Shown in pieces: positions 1 through 9,102 of a DNA stretch of 64,000 nucleotides. The translations under genes were made by a program, and so were the position numbers. Positions within the stretch are counted from its first letter, which is position 1, and every line of letters starts with the position of its first letter. The notes under the pieces are model-generated. The model saw only the letters and a list, made by a program, of their open reading frames with translations, had not been told where the DNA came from and did not search any database. Location of the stretch: positions 476 to 64,475 of the forward strand of contig CALZHP010000005.1 of the NCBI GenBank assembly GCA_945787325.1, given 5' to 3'. The stretch is from an uncultured Desulfobulbaceae bacterium (GTDB taxonomy: Bacteria; Desulfobacterota; Desulfobulbia; Desulfobulbales; BM004).

Positions 1-408
1 TATTCCCATGTAGCGGCATGGTTTCCCGTCGGGGTTAGCATCAATTTCAACTTCCTCGTGTATATACCTGATAGCGCCACCAGGTATTACAATTCGATAG
101 TCAGAGCGGTGCGGTAATCCAGAATTGATTTGTTCTTCCAGCTTGTCACGGTCATCTTTATGAACTCTTTCAAGAAAATTATTATACAAACTGGATGCTT
201 TCATTGGATGAAGAGAAAAAATTCGATATAACTCATCAGACCACCAGAGTTTGCTGTTTTCAACATCGTAAATCCAATTGCCTATCTTGCCCAGCTTCTG
301 GGTTTTTTTCAGTTGTCTAATTAATGGTTCTTGATCTTCTATGCCGCTTATTTTGACTGGTTGCTTTTGGGAAGCTTTCTTGTAAGTTTTTGTTTTACTT
401 GTTTTCAT
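1..408 (-). CDS. PAS-domain sensor protein, N-terminal part (runs off the window edge)
   Basis: Hand translation of the minus strand from the ATG at 406-408 gives MKTSKTKTYKKASQKQPVKISGIEDQEPLIRQLKKTQKLGKIGNWIYDVENSKLWWSDELYRIFSLHP...IRYIHEEVEIDANPDGKP. The GNW-x-D...WSDELYRIF pattern is the usual PAS-fold signature of sensor kinases and GGDEF proteins. The frame stays open to position 1. It is absent from the track because it is truncated. Confidence 0.6.
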   Translation of the reverse strand, partial: MKTSKTKTYKKASQKQPVKISGIEDQEPLIRQLKKTQKLGKIGNWIYDVENSKLWWSDELYRIFSLHPMKASSLYNNFLERVHKDDRDKLEEQINSGLPHRSDYRIVIPGGAIRYIHEEVEIDANPDGKPCRYMGI

Positions 409-643
409 GAAATACCATACTTTCTTAATTGTTTTATGAAGTTTAAAATATTAAGATAATACAAATTTGTTAATTCTTTTAAACAAAACAATTAATCAGT
501 ATACTTAATAGTATCAAGTACTATTTTGTAAGCAAAGACAAATATATGCATAGAAGTATTTCAATTTTAATCTTCGCAATTTGTACACGTCTACATACTG
601 ATACCCCATTGAACCTAATGTAACTGGAGAATGACAGTTTGTC

Positions 644-1138
644 TTATTGGGGTGGAATTCTTAAATTCTGACCAACGTATATCTTATCCGGATCTGTCAG
701 CATCGGTTTATTTGCCTCAAAAATAACAGGATACTTAGATGCGCTGCCATAGAATTTCTTGGCAATTTTAGACAGCGTGTCTCCGGATTGAACTGTATAG
801 ATTGTTGACTCAGGTTCAGGTTCAGCTACATCCAACATGGAATTGACGCTGCCGATGCCATATTGATTGCCAGCCACCAATGATAATTTTTCGTAATTTT
901 CCTGGTTCTTAACTTTGCCGCCAAGCGTCACATTTTCGCCTTCAACCTTCACATCAAGCCCTTCAATATCAACGCCTGACTCCTCGATGTTTTCAATGAT
1001 GCTCTTTGCCCTCATATCATCGATTTTTTCCTGTTGAATTTCCTCCGCTTTAGTAAGGTCAATTTCATCGTGGGTCCAGTCAAAAATTTTACCACCCAAT
1101 TTGCTACCTGCTTTGGTTACAAAATTGAATAATCCCAT
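644..1138 (-). CDS. kbp: BON + LysM domain protein (Kbp/YgaU-like potassium-binding protein)
   Basis: The N-terminus MGLFNFVTKAGSKLG matches the characteristic Kbp/YgaU start. A central BON-like segment follows. The C-terminal LysM reads YTVQSGDTLSKIAKKFYGSASKYPVIFEANKPMLTDPDKIYVGQNLRIP. I moved the start to the ATG at 1138 because GGAGG lies 6 nt upstream; the track ORF starts 11 codons earlier. Confidence 0.8.
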   Translation of the reverse strand: MGLFNFVTKAGSKLGGKIFDWTHDEIDLTKAEEIQQEKIDDMRAKSIIENIEESGVDIEGLDVKVEGENVTLGGKVKNQENYEKLSLVAGNQYGIGSVNSMLDVAEPEPESTIYTVQSGDTLSKIAKKFYGSASKYPVIFEANKPMLTDPDKIYVGQNLRIPPQ

Positions 1139-1487
1139 TTTATTCCTCCATGATAAGTAGTTAGACATCAAGAAAAAGTTAAAAACTAGTTAGGAGTCAG
1201 TTAATTTATTTTGTTATTTTAACTATACCGGTAAGCATTTATCATTGGCGCAGCAATTCTTTTCATTCTATAAGCTGTAATTTTATATATAATTAAGGGG
1301 CTAGACTAGTTGAATAAAGCTGTCGTCACAACGTACATCAGTAAATGAAGGGATCCCATAGGGCCATTTTTTGTATTCACCAACAACTGCCAGACAGCCT
1401 CAGGCGATGATTATGGTGGTAATGTTTGCAAGTATTTTATCAGAATGGCCTTACAAGCTAGTAGATATTACAGTTCAAAATTCATCT

Positions 1488-2351
1488 TCAGTGTAATGGG
1501 GCTATATCAACACCCAATAAAAGATAATCGGTGTCTGCTTCTGTCACCAATCCTTTTTCGGAACGGCCAATTACTTCTGGTAGAATTACACGAAAAGCAT
1601 ATTCAGAACGATCTTTTATTCGTGCTGGAATTCCGTGTTTCCAGGCATGACCACTGCCGGCAATTACAACCACAGAATAATCAGGATTTTTATCCAAAAA
1701 TGCGATTAGATTTTCAGCCATTACATTGTCCCATAATAATTGGGCTTCACAGAAGTATTGAAACTTGACATCCTCATTAGCATGGCCGCCCAATGCACGT
1801 TTGATGAATTTTTCATAGGCTGGATCAATATTGCAAGTAACAATAGGTAATTCATTAAGCTGTTTTTTGGATAGCGATTTAAATCCGTTTCTGGCAACTT
1901 GCCTGGTTATGCTTCTTGAAAGATTGAGACCTATCATGGGTATTTTTTTAAAATATGAATGGTTAAAGATCTCACGATACTGATTAAAATCTGACCAGTT
2001 ATCATTGAATATATTCATGAATTGATGCAGAGACATTTTTCCATTTACCCATTGTTCAAGGTATTTCTGGCTGTCACTTCTAAACATCTCCAAACCAATT
2101 GCAACCTTTGTCCCACTATTTTCTAAGGCTTTGATAATTTGTAGCTGGGCACGATGATGTGCCGGATTATCATGAGATTCACCTATAAAAATTATTTGAG
2201 CTTTTTTTAAATCATTGATCATTTCTTCAAAGGTAGGTGTTGATTTGTCGGCAAGACGATATAGATGGGCATGACATTTTCCAATTGCAATGAAAATTGA
2301 AAAAGTGAAAATCAATAAAGTAAATATCAGGATGTTCAGTTTTTTCTTCAT
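1488..2351 (-). CDS. ChaN-family (haem-binding uptake/Tiki-like) secreted lipoprotein
   Basis: Signal peptide MKKKLNILIFTLLIFTFSIFIAIG. The motifs IFIGESHDNPAHH, AIGLEMF and VVIAGSGHA are typical of the ChaN/Cofac_haem_bdg fold. Confidence 0.6.
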   Translation of the reverse strand: MKKKLNILIFTLLIFTFSIFIAIGKCHAHLYRLADKSTPTFEEMINDLKKAQIIFIGESHDNPAHHRAQLQIIKALENSGTKVAIGLEMFRSDSQKYLEQWVNGKMSLHQFMNIFNDNWSDFNQYREIFNHSYFKKIPMIGLNLSRSITRQVARNGFKSLSKKQLNELPIVTCNIDPAYEKFIKRALGGHANEDVKFQYFCEAQLLWDNVMAENLIAFLDKNPDYSVVVIAGSGHAWKHGIPARIKDRSEYAFRVILPEVIGRSEKGLVTEADTDYLLLGVDIAPLH

Positions 2352-2404
2352 ATTTCACCATTTATCATTTGATGATATTCGTGTTGTTATCAGTTTCACT
2401 ACTG

Positions 2405-3559
2405 TTATATGGTACAAAGATTTAATTTGTTTCCATCTTCCCAGGTAATATCAAGTGTATCCATGAAGTTATCGATAATATCCCAATCTGAATCATTTAT
2501 AGGTAATGTTGAGGCGCTGAAATTACCAGTAATGGTTCCATATCTGGTTTTTTGTAGCAAAGATATGGCAAGCAGAAGAGACTTGCTGGTTTGAAACTGG
2601 ACAGCGTTAACTGAATGTTCTTTCATTGTCTGCGCATGGTCAGTTGCCCAAACTAGGGTTTGCTTCCTGTCGGAGTTAATATCTAATACCTGTACAGCTA
2701 CCTGTTCGAGACCAGTTACAGATGCAGTTTCATCTGGGATAGTAAGTGTATTTAGTGCAGTATCGACACTACCTTCCAGAACAGACATTACATCTTCGTG
2801 AAGCGCGTAAATAAAACTGGAGTTCCGTATATTGCCCAGGCGGCCGATGTTCCATATATCTTCATGTCCGACGATTCGTGATTCGACCGGTGTACCTTCC
2901 CAGATGGCGGTAATCCTGTCAGAGCCTTCTGTCTCAGGTTCTGATTCTTTTCCATTAACAAACTGGTAAGTAGGAGACTGCATTACTTCTTCGACAAGAG
3001 CGTCTGGACACCAGCCGACGGCAATTGATTTTCCAAAATCATGTGCATAAAGCCGGTCATATTCATACACTGAAACATCAAAAGTATTGTTCGATACACC
3101 GATGTCGTTCATTAGTTTTCTGGCGATAATCTCAACGAGACCAGGGTTGATTCCCCAGCATAACCACTGGGGATATCTGCTATTAATATTTGTAAGAGTA
3201 TACGGCATTAGCCTGCTGAAACGATACTCGTCACCAATAGTGCTGGCGCATGAATCGAGGTAAGCAACATCATAAAATGAAAGTATGCGACGCAGCGATA
3301 GATTATCCAGGCTTGAACAGACATTTACGAAAATTGCTGGTGAGGGCATATTTTCTAGTATACCGGAAACCAGGTTATCATCAAGGGTATCACCATGAAT
3401 GTATTCTGTTTTTTCGGTCGATGACGTAGTAGGGCAATCCAGGTTTTTGTCGATAAAAAGAACCTTTTCAAAAGATTCAAAAACTTCGCGGCCAAGCCTG
3501 TCGATGCTTTTACCGACTGCTCCGTAACCCGCAATTATCAATGTCTTATAATTATTCAT
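2405..3559 (-). CDS. Saccharopine dehydrogenase / homospermidine synthase-like NAD(P)-binding protein
   Basis: N-terminal Rossmann motif LIIAGYGAVGKSI. GINPGLVEIIARKL and GWCPDALVEE resemble homospermidine-synthase-family core motifs. The gene starts 12 nt downstream of the radical SAM gene, so it is probably co-transcribed. Confidence 0.55.
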   Translation of the reverse strand: MNNYKTLIIAGYGAVGKSIDRLGREVFESFEKVLFIDKNLDCPTTSSTEKTEYIHGDTLDDNLVSGILENMPSPAIFVNVCSSLDNLSLRRILSFYDVAYLDSCASTIGDEYRFSRLMPYTLTNINSRYPQWLCWGINPGLVEIIARKLMNDIGVSNNTFDVSVYEYDRLYAHDFGKSIAVGWCPDALVEEVMQSPTYQFVNGKESEPETEGSDRITAIWEGTPVESRIVGHEDIWNIGRLGNIRNSSFIYALHEDVMSVLEGSVDTALNTLTIPDETASVTGLEQVAVQVLDINSDRKQTLVWATDHAQTMKEHSVNAVQFQTSKSLLLAISLLQKTRYGTITGNFSASTLPINDSDWDIIDNFMDTLDITWEDGNKLNLCTI

Positions 3560-3570
3560 TATACTGCTAT

Positions 3571-4881
3571 TCAGGGCGTTACATCAGTAAATTGGGCAAA
3601 GTGAGCTGATTTATTATAAATATCCTGAAGCGATATATTATGCTTCATCAGCAAGATGCGAATTTCATCTGTATATTGTTTTACAATACCAACGTGCAGC
3701 CGCATAAGCTGGCAATACTGGGTCATCCTTTCGGTATCACTAATCTGGGCCTGCACCGGACAACGACCGCCGCAGTAATCATGCACTCCGCAGGTATAGC
3801 ACGACAGGTCCTTTTTATAGGCGACAAGACTTGAAAGGTCGGTATTGAACAGGTGGGGATTCCCTTCATCATCTATACTCCCGATTGCCATCTCAATCGG
3901 GAGATCGGCACAGGAATGGATCCTGCCGTCAATAATATCGTAATTTCCGGCAAGCTCAACTCCGCAGGCAGAGGAATTTCTCTTTTTCCCGGCCAGCATA
4001 AATATAATCAACTCATTGATGTGGACTATGGGAAGAATGTCTCCACTGAAAAGCCGGGAAACATACTCTTCCATAATTATATTTAGATCCCCTTCATATC
4101 TTTGTGCGTACTCCATAAGATCTGAAAACGGTTCTGCAGTTTCTACCCAGTGCCAGTAAAACTTGTCCGCCAATCCGTTTTCATGCAGAAATATGAACTC
4201 TTCAAAGCAATCAAAAAGGGATTGATCTTCACGCAGGGTTGACCACATGAGAACATGTCCCTTGCGAATCTTTTTAAGACTTTTAAGGGATTGGTGTACA
4301 TTCTCAAGACTTGTTCCAGCCCTGGTATTGTTGTGCTGCTTCTCTGTTCCATCTATAGAAACATTATACAGCCAGATAGCAGACATCAACTTCGGATACT
4401 TTTGAATAGCTTTATCAAGAAGTTCTCCGTTGGTGTAAAGCATGTACTTGGTCATTGTACCCGGCGTGCCGCTTTCGATAATCTCATAAACATCATTGAT
4501 CAGGTCGGTTCTTAGGAGCGGCTCACCGCCATAAAAGCAGATGGTGGCCTCCCCTGCTCCGTTCTGCCGGATGAGATTGAGAATGCAGCGCGCGTCCCTT
4601 TTGGAAACAGCATCGCTGATTCTCGTTGCGTTATCCTTGGAAATTAAAGAATTATTCTGGTGTGAATACGAATTTATACATCCTTCACATCTGGCATAGC
4701 AGTTTCCGGTAACTGAAAGATGATAATATGTTGGCGACGATTCGACAAAATCAAGACAGGAAGGTTTTGTGTCGTTTAAATTTACTGCTTTATGACGTGA
4801 CAGGTCACCAAAAAGTGTGTGATTCAGGGTGTTGTGTTGAGAATTGAAATATAGTTTATTTGAATATTTATTTTCTGCCAT
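3571..4881 (-). CDS. Radical SAM enzyme with C-terminal SPASM-type auxiliary cluster motif
   Basis: CX3CX2C motif in GNCYARCEGC. GGEPLL SAM-binding motif. C-terminal CYTCGVHDYCGGRC fits CX2CX5CX3C (SPASM signature). Confidence 0.75.
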   Translation of the reverse strand: MAENKYSNKLYFNSQHNTLNHTLFGDLSRHKAVNLNDTKPSCLDFVESSPTYYHLSVTGNCYARCEGCINSYSHQNNSLISKDNATRISDAVSKRDARCILNLIRQNGAGEATICFYGGEPLLRTDLINDVYEIIESGTPGTMTKYMLYTNGELLDKAIQKYPKLMSAIWLYNVSIDGTEKQHNNTRAGTSLENVHQSLKSLKKIRKGHVLMWSTLREDQSLFDCFEEFIFLHENGLADKFYWHWVETAEPFSDLMEYAQRYEGDLNIIMEEYVSRLFSGDILPIVHINELIIFMLAGKKRNSSACGVELAGNYDIIDGRIHSCADLPIEMAIGSIDDEGNPHLFNTDLSSLVAYKKDLSCYTCGVHDYCGGRCPVQAQISDTERMTQYCQLMRLHVGIVKQYTDEIRILLMKHNISLQDIYNKSAHFAQFTDVTP

Positions 4882-4957
4882 TTTTTATAATTTACCTTTA
4901 TAATGATTAATTATTTACAAAGATAATTACTAACAGAAGAAATTGAAATCAAGGTAA

Positions 4958-4994
4958 TAAAAAACCCGCTCGTTTGAAGTGAGCGGGTTTTTTA
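4958..4994 (-). terminator. Rho-independent terminator ending the WL/hdrA/mvhD string (bidirectional hairpin)
   Basis: Stem acccgctc / gagcgggt with a 9-nt loop, flanked by A-run and T-run. It lies 20 nt downstream of the mvhD stop. Confidence 0.75.
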
Positions 4995-5014
4995 TCGGAT
5001 ATATTTCGAAATAA

Positions 5015-5860
5015 TTATTTCTTTTTGGCGGTTGTTTTTTTCTTAACCGTTGATTTTTTCTTTTTGGCCGCTGCTTTTTTAGGAGCAGCCTTTTTGGCAG
5101 CCGGTTTCTTTTTAGCTGCTTTCTTTGCTTTAGGTGCAGCTTTCTTGGCGGGCTTCTTTTCTGCTTTTTTCGCAGGAGCCTTAGCCTTTTTTGGTGCTGC
5201 TTTGGCGGCAGGTTTTTTAGCTTTTTTCTCTGCTGGTTTTTCTTTATCTTCAGCTGGTGCAGAAAAAGCGGCAGTTACAGTTTTAGTCATTTTATCTTCA
5301 ATGACGGCTGCTATATATTCCCTGCTGTAGTTGGCTTCTTTACGTACTGCTTTAGTCGCATTTCCAAAGAACATACGAACTTTACGGTCGCTGATAACAG
5401 CAAGTGCTTTTTCAAGTTTACTTTTTATTTCAGCAGGCTCAAGGCCTTCTGCTTCACCTAACGGGCCTAGTTCTCTGACCTGTCCGGTAAAATCAGTTAT
5501 CAGTTTTACAAATCTGGGTGCCTCTGCAGCAGACGCCCATTGCAGACTCAGTCTTTCCTGCTTTACACCAGCTTCGTCGAGAACCATACGAACCAGAGAA
5601 TCCATTCCAATTGCGTCATAATTACCAACCTGGTAATGACATTCGCCCGGTTGTCATCCACCCGTGAAAATACCGGCTGCACCTTCCACAAAACCGCGTA
5701 TTACAAATGAAGGGTCAACACGTCCAGTGCACATTACCCTGATGGTCCTAAGATTCGGTGGATACTGGTATCGTGAAACACCTGCGGAGTCCGCAGCGGC
5801 ATAACAGCACCAGTTACAGAGAAATCCCAGAATCCTTGGATTGTATTCTTCTTTGCTCAT
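5015..5860 (-). CDS. mvhD: MvhD-type (methyl-viologen-reducing hydrogenase delta subunit-like) protein, selenocysteine-containing, with Lys/Ala/Pro-rich C-terminal tail
   Basis: Track ORFs 5654-5860 and 5015-5605 are in the same frame, separated only by the TGA at 5654-5656. Read-through gives ...GAAGIFTGG-U-QPGECHYQVGNYDAIGMDSLVRMVLDEAGV..., which matches the conserved MvhD GGC-x-x-G-x-CHY core with Sec replacing Cys. N-terminus reads FLCNWCCYAAAD...VMCTGRVDP. Confidence 0.8.
5621..5637 (-). promoter_or_regulatory. Candidate SECIS hairpin for mvhD UGA
   Basis: On the mRNA strand, AUUACCA-GGU-UGGUAAU forms a 7-bp perfect stem with a GGU apical loop. It starts 16 nt after the UGA. The position and G/U-containing loop resemble bacterial SECIS elements. 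Confidence 0.4.
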
Positions 5861-5951
5861 ATAGTGGTCCTCATCAGTATAGGCTGAAGGCCTTAATACC
5901 TGTTATTGATTATTTATTCGTAGTCCGGCCTTCTTGTTTATTTATTTTCGA

Positions 5952-8900
5952 TTATACTTCTTCAACCTCTTCAACTTTGCCAAAGGCACTGATCTGAGAA
6001 GTAATCTGTTCATTGGTAAATCCACCCATCGATATAGCAAAGGTAGGACAATGTGATGCACATATCCCACAAGCTTTACATGATGCAGTAATGGTTTCGG
6101 CTTTACGCTTACCATCAACCTTTAACATCTGAATGGCCTGATATGGACACAGGTTGGCGCAAAGACTGCAACCGATACATTCTTCCTTGTTAATGTTTGA
6201 GACAATCGGATCGACCGAAACATATCCCTTAACTAATGGTATAGCTGCTTTTCCCGCCGCAGCCTGTGCCTGAACAATAACTTCATCAATAGGTTTAGGT
6301 GAGTGGGCCAGACCGCAAACAAATACACCATCAACTGGTAATTCGACGGGGCGAAGTTTCACGTGGGCTTCCAGGAAAAAATTGTCTGCAGTTACTGGAA
6401 TTTTAAGCAACTTGCTTAAGTGGTCTGTATCCTCAGGAACAACACCTACACTTAACGCTACGAGGTCTGGAGTAAGTGTCATTTCTTCCTGTAGAATAGG
6501 GTCAAAATAAGTTACTTCAGTTTTCTTACCCTTAGACTTGATCGCAGGTTTTTCATCCATTTTGTATGGTACAAAAATCACACCTTTTTCACGAGCTTCA
6601 CGGTAAGCATCTTCAGCAAAGCCGTAAGTGCGAATATCCCTGTACAAAACAACTACCTGAGATTTATTGTCTATACTCTTGATTTTAAGTGCATTTTTTA
6701 TGGCATGATTACAGCAATTCTTGCTGCAGTATTTTAAATCGTCACCACGTGATCCGGCACACTGAATCATAACCGTCGATTTTGGTGCGCGGCTTTTTCC
6801 TTTACCGGCTAGTTTTTCTTCAAGTTCAAGCTGTGTAACAATATTGTCTGAATATTTAATCTTGTTGCCAAGAACTTCTTCAGGTTTATGTTCTTTACCG
6901 CCGGTGGCAACAATCATAACGCCGTGATCAACAGTAAGTTCCTCAGACTTTTTGCCTTTTGTAGTTGTTACAATTGAAGAAAAGTTGCCTACAAAGCCGT
7001 TTGTCTGCGTAAGTTCAGCATTGGTGATAACCTCAATGTTTTTGTCCTTTTTAACCTTGGCGGTTATGTCCTTAAGAAATTTAGAGGTATCTTCCCCAAA
7101 TAAAGTTGTGTTTACTTTATTAAGATTACCGCCAAGCTGAGGTCCTTTCTCAATCAGGTAACAGCCAAATCCCTGGTCGGAAAGATTCAGTGCTGCGGTC
7201 ATACCGGCAACACCACCACCAATAACCATCGCTTTAGCAGTCACAGGCACGGTCTGCTCAGGCAGAGGCTGAATGAGCTTTGCCTTTGCAACTGCCATGC
7301 GTACCAAGTCCATGGACTTGTCAGTTGCCTGATCCGGTTCATTGGCATGCACCCAGGAACATTGATCCCTGATATTCACCATCTCAAAAAGTGATCGGTT
7401 GAGGCCTGCATCTTTCAGGGTTTCCTGAAAAAGAGGCTCATGAGTTCTTGGGGAGCACGCGGCAATAACAACCCTATTAAGATTATGTTCTTTTATTTTT
7501 TCTTTTAATACCTTCTGAGCATCCTGAGAACAGCTGTAGAGGCTTTCGGCATAGTAGGAAACTCCATCCATTGTACCGGAATATTCACTTACCTTGTTGA
7601 CATCAACTACGCTGCTTATGTTGATACCACAGTGGCAAACAAAAACTCCAATACGGATTTCATCTTCTGGAGAAACGACAATCTCCTTGGGGTATTTCTT
7701 TACAACGACACCCTTGCCGCGATCCTTTTTAAGCAGACCGGCAATTTCACCGGCAGCACCGCTTGATTGCGTTACGCTCTCAGGAATATCTTTCGGCCCT
7801 TGGAAAGCACCGGCAACAAAAACTCCTTTTCTTGATGTTGCCAGAGGCTTAAAAGAGCTTGTTTTACAAAAATCATAGGTATTGAGATCAATCTTGGAAA
7901 CTTCTGCCAGATCTTTGGCACTGGCAGGTGAATCAAGTCCGACAGAAAGGACAACCATATCATGCGGAACAAATTTGTGTTCCCCTTCCATGGTTGAATA
8001 CGTGAGACGCAATTGATTTTCCCAGGGCATTACATCAGCAACCCTGGATCGAACAAACTTAATACCCATGCCTTCAGCTCGGGTTTTTGCTGCATCGAAA
8101 TCTTTTCCCTGTGTGCGAATATCCATATAATAAACAGTGATATCGACTTCCGGGTCATGTTCTTTGGCCACCATTGCCTCTTTGATTGCATACATACAGC
8201 AAACGGAAGAGCAATAACCGTTATCACAATTTAGGTCTCTGGATCCAACACATTGGATAAATGCTATACTTTTGGGATGTCGCTGGTCAGAAAGACAGAG
8301 AACTTCACCCTTAAATGGTCCAGATGGATTCGAGAGACGTTCGAATTCGAAGCTGGTAACAACGTCTGGGTGAATACCATAGCTGTATTTAGCCATTGTC
8401 TCATCTTCAATACGACCAAAACCGGGTGAAAGGACAACTGCACCAACATTTAATTCCCGATCCTGAGGGGCCTGGCTGAAATCAATTGCTTTACTCTGAC
8501 ATACCGGCACACAGATCTGGCAGGTATCGTGTTGAAGATGCAGACACTCTTTCGGATCAATATAGTACGTTGCAGGAACAGCCTGAGCGTAATCTATATG
8601 TATAGGACGCGTAAGTGAAAGATTTTCATTATACTCATCAACTAAATGACGCGGACAATAGGTGGTACACAGCCCACATGCTGTACAGTCATCAGCATTG
8701 ATATAGCGTGGATTAATGTTAATTTTAGCTGAAAACTTACCAGGACTTCCTTTAAGGGATTTAAGTTCAGCGTTTGTGATTATTTCGATATTTGGAGACC
8801 GACCGGCCTCTACCAATTTTGGCGCCAGGATTCAGAGCGAGCAATCATTGGTAGGGAACGTTTTGTCCAGTTGGGCCATAACACCGCCAACGGCAGCGGA

Positions 8901-9020
8901 TTTTTCAACAAGATATACATAATACCCCAGATCGGTAAGATCCAGAGCGGTCTGTACTCCGGCAATACCGCCTCCAACTACCATGACGGTACCAGCTTTT
9001 TTGTTTTTAGCTTTAGCCAT
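5952..9020 (-). CDS. hdrA: Heterodisulfide reductase subunit A-like flavoprotein, double-length (~1022 aa), selenocysteine-containing
   Basis: Track ORFs 8832-9020 and 5952-8816 are in frame across the TGA at 8832-8834. Read-through gives ...[30 protein letters not shown]..., the conserved HdrA DCSxC-ILAPK motif with Sec at the second Cys. There are two GxGxxG FAD/NAD motifs (VVGGGIAGV and VIGGGVAGM). Several CxxCxxC ferredoxin motifs are present, including the C-terminal [12 protein letters not shown]...[12 protein letters not shown]. Confidence 0.85.
8795..8810 (-). promoter_or_regulatory. Candidate SECIS hairpin for hdrA UGA
   Basis: On the mRNA strand, GAGGCC-GGUC-GGUCUC forms 6 bp including one G-U pair. 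It starts 21 nt after the UGA. As far as I recall, a GGUC apical loop is also the apical loop of the E. coli fdhF SECIS. Confidence 0.4.
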
Positions 9021-9102
9021 TACTTTACTCCAAGTAATAATTATCTGAGCAAAAACGGTTCAACATACACATGTAACATTATGTAATTGATTCAGAATTA
9101 AA

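Noticed and set aside
1445-1768. 107-aa plus-strand ORF overlapping the 3' end of the ChaN-like gene.
   Set aside because: It is antisense to a gene with family motifs, and it has no RBS or motif.
5025-5330. Plus-strand 101-aa Phe/Ala/Leu-rich ORF; likewise 13866-14204 (Ala/Ser-rich).
   Set aside because: They are antisense shadows of the Lys/Ala-rich MvhD tail and of the AEK-rich MetF-AcsD linker. Low-complexity regions stay open on both strands.
5654-8834. Interpreting the split hdrA and mvhD ORFs as pseudogenes, frameshifts or sequencing errors.
   Set aside because: In both cases the two pieces are in the same frame and separated by a single TGA. That TGA sits exactly at a conserved Cys position, and a hairpin follows 16-21 nt downstream. 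Selenocysteine recoding explains this better than decay.
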